NCBI GenBank assembly: GCA_963704155.1
Contig: CAVPHF010000041.1
Coordinates: 16,457 to 80,456, forward strand
Reading direction: 5' to 3'
Source: an uncultured Gammaproteobacteria bacterium
GTDB lineage: Bacteria > Pseudomonadota > Gammaproteobacteria > Chromatiales > Chromatiaceae
DNA: 64,000 nucleotides
Position numbers and translations under genes: made by a program. The notes beneath the pieces are model-generated. The model saw only the letters and a list, made by a program, of their open reading frames with translations. It was not told the origin of the DNA and made no database searches. Positions 56,563 through 64,000 of this stretch are shown here, piece by piece. The stretch's first letter is position 1. Every line of letters begins with the position of its first letter.

Positions 56563-59546
56563 CATGGCAGCTGAGCGCCCTGTTGCACCGACAGGTCCGC
56601 ATCGACCAACTGGTGATCCGTGGTGCGCACTTGATGCTGCAGAAGACCGCCGATGGCCGCGACAACTGGCAACTCGGCAAAGACAAGGACAAAGGCAAGG
56701 GCCCTAGCAAGATCAGCCTTCGGATTCCGACGGTGCAGCTGATCGATTCGCAGATCACCCTCGCGTCCCCGAAGGCGCCGGTGCGACGCGCCGACATCAC
56801 GCGGCTTCAGCTTGACGGGCTGGGCGCAGAACCCTTGGTCCTCCAGGCGGAGCTATCAATCAATGATACGCCGCTGACAGTGAGCGCTCGCGCCGGTGCC
56901 GCGGATGCGCCGGCCGGCGCCCGCTGGCCCTTCCAGCTACAGGCGCAGAGCGGCGAGACCCGCGTCGAGCTCAATGGCAGCGCACCCGCCCCGTTCGCGA
57001 CCACCGGGCTGGACGCCAAACTCCAGATGCAGGGGCCGACGATCGTACCGCTCGGGAAGATCGCCGGGGTCAATGGGCTGCCGCCGGGGCCCTTTCAGCT
57101 CAAGACGAACCTGAGCTGGGACGGCAAGACCTTTGAGGCCAGTAAGATCACCGGATCATCGCAGGCGCATGTCCTTCCCGCGCCGCTGACCATCAGCGAT
57201 GGTGCGATCAGCGTCCCCTTGCATGACCCCTGGTCCGTGCAAGTGACGGGCAAGCTCGGCGACCAGCCGGCGACGCTGCAACTGACACCGGTCGCCGTGC
57301 CTAGGGGCGACACCCAGACTCCGAAGTCCCAGACCGCCGGCGCCCTGAAAATCGAGGCAACGCTCGCCGACGGCCGCTTCGACGGCGAACTGCGGCCGGC
57401 ATCGGGTGATACCCGGGCGTTGCTCAGCGGCAAGCTCAAGGCCGGGGCGATCACCTTGCCGGAAGGCACGCAGGCGAAAGCGCCCAAGCCCGATGCAAAA
57501 GCAACCTCGGCGCCCGCGCCAACCAAGACCAAGGCGAACACCAAGGTGCCTGAGGCTCCGACCTGGGCCGACAGTCCGCTGCCGTTCTCATCGCTGACCC
57601 GGCTCGACGCGGACCTGGATCTCGCCGTCGAGGCCCTGACCTTGCAGCGGATCACCCTGCGCGGACTGCAGGCCCAGGCCAAACTCAGCGATGGCCGGCT
57701 CCAGCTCGACGGGGTCAGGCTCACGCTACCCGGATTGACCGTCAGCGGCCAGGCAGTCGTGGACGCCGGCCCCAAGGTCCCCGCGCTCCAACTCAAGCTG
57801 AACACGGACCGCATCGACTTGCCACAGGCCCTGTCGATGCTGGCCCAGGGCCCGAAGCTGGGCGGCAGCATCGACGGTTTGAGTCTGGAGGCCACGGCCA
57901 GCGGCGCGACGCCGGCGACACTGATCCGCGCCCTGAGCGGCACCCTGGAGGCCAAATCCGTCCAGCTGCTGCCGCCCGCCAAGCCGGGTCAAAAGGCCAC
58001 GGCAATCGATCTCACCAGCCCCAGCCTGCACGTCGACGCCGGCCAGGCGGTGAGCTTCAAGACCGGCTTGGCGCGGGCCAGTCAGGACCAAAAGAGACAG
58101 GCCATGGACCTCACACTGACCGGCGGGCCGCTGGCCGACCTGCTGCCCGGCGGGCGGTCCTGGCCTCAGGTCGACGTCGTTGCCCAGACCCGCATCGACC
58201 AGCAGCGGCTCAGCATCCGCGGCCACGTGGGGCCGCTCGCGGCCATCCGCACCGGCCGCGACCTGACGCTCGACTTTAGCCTGTCCGACGAGACCGACCT
58301 CAGCGGCACCCTGACCGGCACCCTCGCCCGCCTCAATGACCTGACGGGGAGCCAACTCCAGGCGCAGGTCAGCGGAACGAGCCTGGCGGCATTGCACCCC
58401 GGGCTGCCCGCGCAAGCCTTCTCGGCGAAGGCGCGCCTGCGGGGGCAGGCCAAACAGCTCGAGTTGCTCGACATCGAGGCCAGCAGCGGCAGCAGTGATC
58501 TCGCCGGAGAGGTGCGCATCGGCCTCGGCAAGCCTTTGCGCATCGACGCGGATCTAAACGCTAAAACGCTGGACCTCAGCCCATTCCTGGCCCGGAAATC
58601 AGACTCGAAAACGGCTCCCGCTGGGGCAGACACGTCCACCCGCGCGGACGCCGGCAACGCCCAGACGCTGCCGTTGGATAATCTGAAAGCCCTCGACGGC
58701 TCGCTCAAGCTGAGCGCAGGTAAGGTCGAGTTCAGCGACTTCGCCGTCGACCAAGGCACGCTCGATGTCAAGCTCGACGCCGGGCATCTCGTCCTGTCCG
58801 CCAATGCCGCCGAGGGCGGCCTGTCACTAGATCTGGAATTGCGGCCCGGCCAAACCGACTGGCAGTTCGACTTGCACCACAAGGGCAAGCTCAACCTGGG
58901 TCGGCTGATGAAGTCGAAGAATCAACAGGCACTCTCCAGCGTACCCGTCGCCGTCGAGATCCGCATGAACGCTGTCGGTGCCTCGGTGCCTGCACTGCTG
59001 GGCTCTGCCGATGGGCGCATCGAGCTGGTCTTGGGTGCTGGGCAGATCGACCGAAGGGCATCCAAGCTGCCGTTCGGGGGCGTTATGGTCAAGCTGCTCG
59101 ACACCGTCAATCCGACCCAACTCAGCGCGATCCGCGTCCGCAAGGACCTCCTCAGCCTCCAATGCGCGGTGCTGCAGTTCGATATCGCCGACGGCATCGC
59201 CACCAGCAAGCACGGGCTGGCGCTGCAAACCGACAAGCTCAATGTGCTCGGCGGCGGTGCCATCAAGCTTGAGACTGAAGAGATCGAACTGCGCTTTAAG
59301 ACCGTCAAGCGCACCGGGGTCGGCCTCAGCCTGCTCGGCGTCGCCGATAGCTTTGTCATCATCGACGGCACGCTGAGGCACCCACGCGCCAGAATCGACA
59401 AGGGCGATCTACTCATCGACGGTGCCGCCGCCTGGGCCACCGGCGGCCTGAGTCTGGTGGCCGACCAGCTCGTCCAACGCCTGACCGCCTTCGGCAGCCC
59501 CTGCGAGAAGGTGCTGCGGCGGGATGCGTCGGACCCACAACCCTGA
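56502..59546 (+). CDS. asmA: AsmA-family outer-membrane biogenesis/lipid-transport protein (main body)
   Basis: 1014-aa ORF with repetitive beta-rich AsmA-like sequence and a conserved C-terminal region (LNVLGGGAIKLETEEIELRFKTVKRTG). It lacks its own plausible N-terminal anchor, consistent with being the downstream part of a gene starting at 56269. Confidence 0.8.
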   Translation: MGHRPRRWGRTCWRPERVDVTWQLSALLHRQVRIDQLVIRGAHLMLQKTADGRDNWQLGKDKDKGKGPSKISLRIPTVQLIDSQITLASPKAPVRRADITRLQLDGLGAEPLVLQAELSINDTPLTVSARAGAADAPAGARWPFQLQAQSGETRVELNGSAPAPFATTGLDAKLQMQGPTIVPLGKIAGVNGLPPGPFQLKTNLSWDGKTFEASKITGSSQAHVLPAPLTISDGAISVPLHDPWSVQVTGKLGDQPATLQLTPVAVPRGDTQTPKSQTAGALKIEATLADGRFDGELRPASGDTRALLSGKLKAGAITLPEGTQAKAPKPDAKATSAPAPTKTKANTKVPEAPTWADSPLPFSSLTRLDADLDLAVEALTLQRITLRGLQAQAKLSDGRLQLDGVRLTLPGLTVSGQAVVDAGPKVPALQLKLNTDRIDLPQALSMLAQGPKLGGSIDGLSLEATASGATPATLIRALSGTLEAKSVQLLPPAKPGQKATAIDLTSPSLHVDAGQAVSFKTGLARASQDQKRQAMDLTLTGGPLADLLPGGRSWPQVDVVAQTRIDQQRLSIRGHVGPLAAIRTGRDLTLDFSLSDETDLSGTLTGTLARLNDLTGSQLQAQVSGTSLAALHPGLPAQAFSAKARLRGQAKQLELLDIEASSGSSDLAGEVRIGLGKPLRIDADLNAKTLDLSPFLARKSDSKTAPAGADTSTRADAGNAQTLPLDNLKALDGSLKLSAGKVEFSDFAVDQGTLDVKLDAGHLVLSANAAEGGLSLDLELRPGQTDWQFDLHHKGKLNLGRLMKSKNQQALSSVPVAVEIRMNAVGASVPALLGSADGRIELVLGAGQIDRRASKLPFGGVMVKLLDTVNPTQLSAIRVRKDLLSLQCAVLQFDIADGIATSKHGLALQTDKLNVLGGGAIKLETEEIELRFKTVKRTGVGLSLLGVADSFVIIDGTLRHPRARIDKGDLLIDGAAAWATGGLSLVADQLVQRLTAFGSPCEKVLRRDASDPQP

Positions 59547-59624
59547 GCTGGCCTTTGCGGTCCGAAACCCAACGATGGCGGCGTTGTAGACGAACAGGAG
59601 CTTCATCGTGCGTGCTCGGGCTGC

Positions 59625-60413
59625 TCAGCGGACCGATCGCTCGGGCGTGTCGGCCACCAGCGGCAGCCGCAGCAGGGCCAGCGGGCGCTGCCAGGCGTCA
59701 TCGCCGTAGCGGCCGATGCCGAAGCGGATGGCCTGCGGATCGGCGCGGCGGCGGAAGCTGCCGAGCAGCTGATCCCAGAAGGAGAACAAGGTGCCGTAGT
59801 TGGAATCGGTCTCGGCTCGGACCTCCGAGTGGTGTACCCGATGCATCGACGGCGGCACGACCACCCGGCCGAGCGCTCGATCAAGGCGCGACGGGATCGC
59901 GACGTTGCTGTGGTGGAACAGGATCACGGCGATCATCACCGCCTTGTAGACGATGAACACCCCCAGCGTCATACCGAGCAGTACCAGCACGACGGCATTG
60001 GCCAGGCTGGAGATCAGAATCTCGCCGGGATGGAAGCGCAACGCGGTGGTGGTGTCCATGGCTGGATCGGTGTGATGGACCCGATGCAGCCGCCAGAGCA
60101 GGTCGATGCGGTGGTTGGCGCGGTGCCAAAGGTACATCCACAGGTCGAACAGGACGAAGACGGCCAGCGCACCGCCGACCGGGCCGAAGCCCAGCAGGTG
60201 ACGCAGCCCGACGCCCGCGGCGTCTGCCCAGGCCATGGCCAGCACCAGCAGCGGCGCCATCAGCGTGCCGACCAGGCCGCTGATCAGCCCGAGTCCAATG
60301 TTGCGCGCACCATGACGCCAGCGCCGACCAGACGCGGTGTAGAACGGCCGCAGCCCTTCGAGCAGGAACAGCAAAGGCAGCACGACGAGCCCGACCCAGA
60401 CATCCGCGGTCAT
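59625..60413 (-). CDS. Fatty acid hydroxylase / sterol desaturase family membrane protein
   Basis: His boxes HRANH, HRVHH, FHHSN and HRVHH in a 4-TM protein. The ATG at 60413 forms an ATGA overlap with the upstream GT2. The track extension to 60911 is rejected. Confidence 0.85.
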   Translation of the reverse strand: MTADVWVGLVVLPLLFLLEGLRPFYTASGRRWRHGARNIGLGLISGLVGTLMAPLLVLAMAWADAAGVGLRHLLGFGPVGGALAVFVLFDLWMYLWHRANHRIDLLWRLHRVHHTDPAMDTTTALRFHPGEILISSLANAVVLVLLGMTLGVFIVYKAVMIAVILFHHSNVAIPSRLDRALGRVVVPPSMHRVHHSEVRAETDSNYGTLFSFWDQLLGSFRRRADPQAIRFGIGRYGDDAWQRPLALLRLPLVADTPERSVR

Positions 60414-61108
60414 CCCTCGCCCCCGCTGCCGGGCTGGACCTCGTAGACGGCGGCCAATCGCCGCGGCGGCGTGCCGAGCAGGAAGCGCAGCATGCGCAGC
60501 GCATTGCCGAGCTGCTGGCGTACGATGCCGTTGGCGCGGTAGCGGGCGGCCGAGGTAGTCACGGCCAGACGCAGCTTGACGACGCCTGAGTTGCGCCGCA
60601 GCCGACGCGCCAGCTCGACGTCTTCGAACAGCGGCCAGTCGGGCATGCCGCCGACGGCATCGAAGGCGCCGCGGCGCACGACCATGGCCTGGTCGCCGAA
60701 GGTGCTCCAGACGGTCTCGTAGCGGGAGAACCAGCCGTAGAGCGCCAACAGCCAGTGGTGCTGGTCGAACCGCAGCCGAAAGCAGGTCATCTGCACGCGC
60801 GGATCGACGAAGGCGTCTTCGATAGCCGCGAGGGCACCGTCCGGCAGCTCGGTGTCGTCGTGCAGGAACATCAGCAGCTCGCCCCTGGCCCCGGCTGCAC
60901 CGGCGCTGCATTGGGTGCCGCGACCGCGGCGGGCCCGGGTTAGGCCGACACCCGAGGGCGCCTTGCCCGCGCCGGCGTCGGCGGGCAGGTCGTCGGGCTC
61001 GACGACCACGATCTCCGCGGTCGGCAGCAGCCGGCGGGTGCGCTCGATACGGTCGAGCAGCGCGGTGTCGAGGCGGCGTGTTGGGATGATGACGGACAGG
61101 GTCGGCAT
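60410..61108 (-). CDS. Family-2 glycosyltransferase (small, soluble type)
   Basis: MPTLSVIIPTRR... with a DxD-type LHDDTEL, about 230 aa. ATG at 61108 preferred. Confidence 0.75.
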   Translation of the reverse strand: MPTLSVIIPTRRLDTALLDRIERTRRLLPTAEIVVVEPDDLPADAGAGKAPSGVGLTRARRGRGTQCSAGAAGARGELLMFLHDDTELPDGALAAIEDAFVDPRVQMTCFRLRFDQHHWLLALYGWFSRYETVWSTFGDQAMVVRRGAFDAVGGMPDWPLFEDVELARRLRRNSGVVKLRLAVTTSAARYRANGIVRQQLGNALRMLRFLLGTPPRRLAAVYEVQPGSGGEG

Positions 61109-61282
61109 GGCGATGGGGCCGGTAGCTGGGAGGTGAGCGGCGGTTGCCTTCGATGCGGGAGAAAGCCCCACCTCAGGCCGCGACGACACCAGTCGCCCTG
61201 GGCGAGCCCGGAACAGACCAAGTCTGGACGCAGCGAATGCGGTTCAACCCGACCCGGGGAAGAGGTTTCGTCGCCGTGGGAC

Positions 61283-61602
61283 TCAGATCGCCAGGCTGCA
61301 TGCAAGCTGCGAGAGGTTCAGCAACCCGCCTTGGCAATGCGCGAGCATGGTCCGAAAGCGCCGCAGCGTCGTCGCCGGAATATGCGGGCCGAGCTGCGCC
61401 AACTCGCGCAACCCGATGACCTCGGCCCCGTCCGCAACCGGATAGCGCTCACTGCCCTAGTAGACGCAGTATGGGCGCTCCGGCGCCAGATCACCGACGG
61501 CGATGCGGAAGCCACGGGGCTCAGCTTCGGCGCGCGGCCGAGCTTGATCTCGACGGCCCAGCGCCGGCCTCGTGGCAGGTCGAACACCAAGTCGATCTCG
61601 GC
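61283..61602 (-). pseudogene. Fragments of a DUF4143/AAA+ (COG1373-type) ATPase gene
   Basis: The minus strand encodes AEIDLVFDLPRGRRWAVEIKLGRAPKLS. After a frameshift it continues RGFRIAVGDLAPERPYCVY, an in-frame TAG, then GSERYPVADGAEVIGLRELAQL (C-terminal DUF4143-type motifs). An out-of-order mid-gene piece follows (LRRFRTMLAHCQGGLLNLSQLA). Confidence 0.5.
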
Positions 61603-61639
61603 GCCGGCGGAGTGCGTTGGATCGATCAGGCAGACAACT

Positions 61640-61822
61640 CATGGCTGCAGAGAGAGGCCGCACGGCTTCAGTTGTCGATGGAGAAGATGGTGCGACGGGA
61701 AGCGCTACAAGTCCTCTTTGGTTCAAGCGGAAACCTGTCTGCTGCTGTTCCAGCACCAGGTCGAACTCAATCCCGTCCGCTCCGAAATGGTGGCCTATCC
61801 CACCCAAGACCGCTAGTCCGGG
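61640..61822 (+). mobile_element. C-terminal remnant of a RAYT / IS200-like (COG1943) tyrosine transposase
   Basis: ...GKRYKSSLVQAETCLLLFQHQVELNPVRSEMVAYPTQDR-TAG-S matches the family motif GxLWxGRYKSxLVxxExYLLxxxRYIELNPVRAxMVxxPxxYxWSS. The expected Trp codon is TAG here (TGG to TAG). Upstream parts are in other frames or absent. Confidence 0.55.
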
Positions 61823-61942
61823 TGAGTTGCCTTTCTGATTTAATGAAGCGTGGCTCCTTTTTCCCTCCTTTGCCCCCTGAGCTGCACGCTTGGCAACTCT
61901 AAGAGGTATCTGTGCATCAACTCGTCGATAACGGCGGGCTAG

Positions 61943-62116
61943 ACGATCGATAGCAGGGAGCGATGGACCGTATCGGTCGGCGTCGGCGTCGGCAAATTCC
62001 TCAACATCGGTAAGCAGTCTGCTAATATTATTTTCCAGGGCGTATCGAAAGTCGGGCGCCCGAACAAAACGCCGAGCTGGGCGTTGAACTTCCAGTTCGC
62101 GCTGCTCTTTCCATAA
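61943..62116 (+). pseudogene. Orphan 3' tail of an outer-membrane beta-barrel gene
   Basis: The open frame after a TAG encodes ...WTVSVGVGVGKFLNIGKQSANIIFQGVSKVGRPNKTPSWALNFQFALLFP-stop. This is a typical C-terminal strand set of a porin-like family (ends ...LFP). There is no upstream body. Confidence 0.4.
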
Positions 62117-62135
62117 CTACAAAAGAGATCAACAA

Positions 62136-62342
62136 ATGGCAGAAATCATCACCGCCGTGTATCCATCGGCAGGCACCCTCACCAATGTGCGTAATGACCT
62201 GGTCTCAGTGGGCATCCCGCAGGAGAAGATCCGCGTCGACCACGACAAGAAGCAGGTCCAGGTGATGGGCCCGACGACGGCCGAGGCCGAGATTGAGGAA
62301 ATTCTGAAGCGACATTCACCTACCGAAATCCACACAAGCTGA
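62136..62342 (+). CDS. Hypothetical small protein (68 aa)
   Basis: ATG ORF in a lower-GC stretch with only a weak SD (AAGAG). No family recognised. Confidence 0.35.
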   Translation: MAEIITAVYPSAGTLTNVRNDLVSVGIPQEKIRVDHDKKQVQVMGPTTAEAEIEEILKRHSPTEIHTS

Positions 62343-62469
62343 CCCCGCATCGGGGCACATCACCAACCGCGAGAGCGCGCAAGTTCAGGCCGAACAGGCT
62401 TGACGCGCGGCTCTCGATAGCCGCATCGCACTGAAGCAGTCCTGAGAGCAACCCGACAGGAGACCCGCA

Positions 62470-62661
62470 ATGACCGACATCGAAAATATCGAGATGGAGC
62501 GCTATCACCGGGAGATCGTCGAGGACCTTCGGCACATGTTGAAAAAATACAGCCGCATCATGGAGTGGGATGTACCCGACGCGGTAGACGAGGGCGCCAC
62601 GCGTAAGCTGATCCTCCAGTCGCTGCGGGACGCCCTCGCCGAGGTTGAAGCCGAAGGCTGA
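62470..62661 (+). CDS. Hypothetical small acidic helical protein (63 aa)
   Basis: ATG preceded by AGGAG with a 7-nt spacer. Predicted helical sequence (MERYHREIVEDLRHMLKKYSRIMEWD...). No family recognised. Confidence 0.45.
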   Translation: MTDIENIEMERYHREIVEDLRHMLKKYSRIMEWDVPDAVDEGATRKLILQSLRDALAEVEAEG

Positions 62662-62723
62662 CGGCGCTGGACAGGGTGCTGCAAGCATCCGCCAAACGGG
62701 CGATCAGGATCGTCGAGAAGCCG

Positions 62724-63016
62724 CTAACGCCGCCGGCTTGCACGCCACCCGGTAGGGATCGGTCCAGTCCACCGCTGGAATGCCCGCGTATGCATGCAGA
62801 GTCCGCATATCCAAGGATTTCGCCAATATCGGTAACCGCCGTCCGCGTGTTCTCCAGTAACTGACACCCCGGTTCCCGGCGCGCTTCCCCGCGTTGCTGA
62901 TGGAAGATGGTTCCCGCCGCTGCCAATTTCCGATTCAGCGTACGACGGTGCACGCCAATTCGTTCTGCTGTCGCACTGACCGAGCATCTCGGCGCACTGA
63001 CCATGGTCCCTGCCAT
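62724..63016 (-). pseudogene. Truncated, frameshifted AraC-family regulator (C-terminal HTH only)
   Basis: ATAERIGVHRRTLNRKLAAAGTIFHQQRGEARRE..QLLENTRTAVTDIGEILGYADS in one frame continues as HTRAFQRWTGPIPTGWR-stop in another (shift near 62788-62800). Only about 175 bp separates it from the next gene, so the N-terminal sensor domain is missing. Confidence 0.5.
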
Positions 63017-63189
63017 TCGGCGAATCCGCTCCCCCCGACGTCGCCCTAGGATGCCGCTTGAGTTCGTGTACGCACTCCTCTACCAGAGGATTCCTGGCCC
63101 CGGAACTTCGCGAAACTTCGACATCCCTCTGGAGCTGGAGCGGCCTGAGCGGCGCTTGGCCGTGATCGCCGCCGCCAATGAGCAGCTAC

Positions 63190-63774
63190 CTACCAGATAT
63201 CTTTGACCGGCACGCGCAAGCCCGGTAACAGCACTGGCGAGATGACCTCGGTGGGGTCGGGTCGCAGAATCAACCGGTATCCGTCGGTCCCTGGCTCTCT
63301 GTAGATCTCCAGTCGCTGATGCTGCAAGTCCACCAGCCAGACCTCCGGAACGCCGTGGGCTGCATATAGGGGCACCTTGACCTCTTGGTCGTAGCGCAGC
63401 GAGCTGTCGCAGATCTCGATCACCAGCAGCGTGTCGTTCCGCGTCGGATTGGCACGCTCGTAGAAGTCATCGCGCGGGCGCAACAACATGAGGTCCGGTT
63501 CGGGCTCCGAATGGGGCGGCAGAGTGAGGGGATTCTGCACGGCAACCAGCGCTTCGTCTCCAACGCGCCGGTTAAGCAACCGATTCAAGCGATTGTTCTT
63601 GCCGGCGTGATCGGGCTTGATAGGGGGCATTGCGCGCAGCTCTCCTTCGATCAGCTCGACGCGATCGTTTTCGTCGAAGATCCCGTTGTCGATCATTTGA
63701 TGGTACGCGTCTACACCCAGCCGAAAGACAGGGCGTGCATCTGCGAGGGTTGGCTGCGCTTTGGCGACAGGCAT
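63190..63774 (-). CDS. Uma2-family (DUF820) putative endonuclease
   Basis: Uma2 pattern: GIFDENDRVELIEGEL..M, PEPDLMLL, LLVIEICDSSLRYDQEVKVPLYAAHGVPEVWLVDL. The ATG at 63774 is preferred over the longer track ORF. Confidence 0.8.
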   Translation of the reverse strand: MPVAKAQPTLADARPVFRLGVDAYHQMIDNGIFDENDRVELIEGELRAMPPIKPDHAGKNNRLNRLLNRRVGDEALVAVQNPLTLPPHSEPEPDLMLLRPRDDFYERANPTRNDTLLVIEICDSSLRYDQEVKVPLYAAHGVPEVWLVDLQHQRLEIYREPGTDGYRLILRPDPTEVISPVLLPGLRVPVKDIW

Positions 63775-64000
63775 GGTAGAACCTTTGGTCGACATGCAGG
63801 GAGACGAACGGACGACTGCGCGATTTACGTCGCGTCGTACCAATCAATTACCCCCGCAACAGTATCAGATGAACAGAGGCGTCGCAGCTTGTGCGGTCGT
63901 CGGAAGCTGCACAAAGCTCTTCCGGAACGCGCAAGACCTCAGCCCGTTGAACGGGCGACCTGTCTCGTACACTGACGAGAGGTTGTCTGTCTCCGTGTGA

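Overview
High-GC proteobacterial chromosomal window (GC not computed; gene content looks gammaproteobacterial, which is inference). It is gene-dense, and I saw no rRNA, tRNA or CRISPR. All family calls come from motif recognition by eye on the supplied translations, not from database searches. The ORF track uses ATG, GTG and TTG starts, so several starts were re-picked.

Left part (0-13.5 kb): heat-shock operon hrcA-grpE-dnaK-dnaJ(-lpxD) with a perfect CIRCE and a sigma32-type promoter, then nadK-recN, a sucrose-phosphate synthase/phosphatase pair, and yceH.

13.5-22.2 kb is a metal-acquisition neighbourhood:
- a putative Zur-box-controlled operon (small His/Cys membrane protein, His-rich outer-membrane barrel, ZnuA/C/B-like ABC importer);
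- a cytoplasmic protein with two histidine-triad-like repeats;
- a DUF4198 / OM-barrel / HupE operon behind a NikR-operator-like palindrome;
- pseudogene debris and a REP-like inverted repeat in between.

Middle (22-47.5 kb): PQQ sugar dehydrogenase, pabB, glgA, DUF4912, ppk2, MFS transporter, aroC, tolC, an ABC exporter and a YheT-like hydrolase. These are followed by a translationally coupled CYTH/CHAD-ParA pair, transaldolase, and an NdvB-like GH17-GT2 glucan synthase with a GMC oxidoreductase, a Tat small subunit and a GT39.

Right part (47.5-64 kb): an apparently frameshifted ImmA/IrrE-PIN module, split pqiA plus pqiB (no pqiC), and a CorA-family protein fused in frame to a K+-channel pore (TTLGYGD). 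Then come an orphan OM barrel, a frameshifted asmA and a GT2/fatty-acid-hydroxylase pair. The window ends in a lower-GC junkyard of gene fragments (DUF4143 ATPase, RAYT/IS200-like transposase, OMP tail, AraC HTH) and a Uma2 nuclease gene.

Most worth a second look: the CorA::K+-pore fusion, the Zur-box/His-rich OM-barrel operon, and the CHAD-ParA pair.
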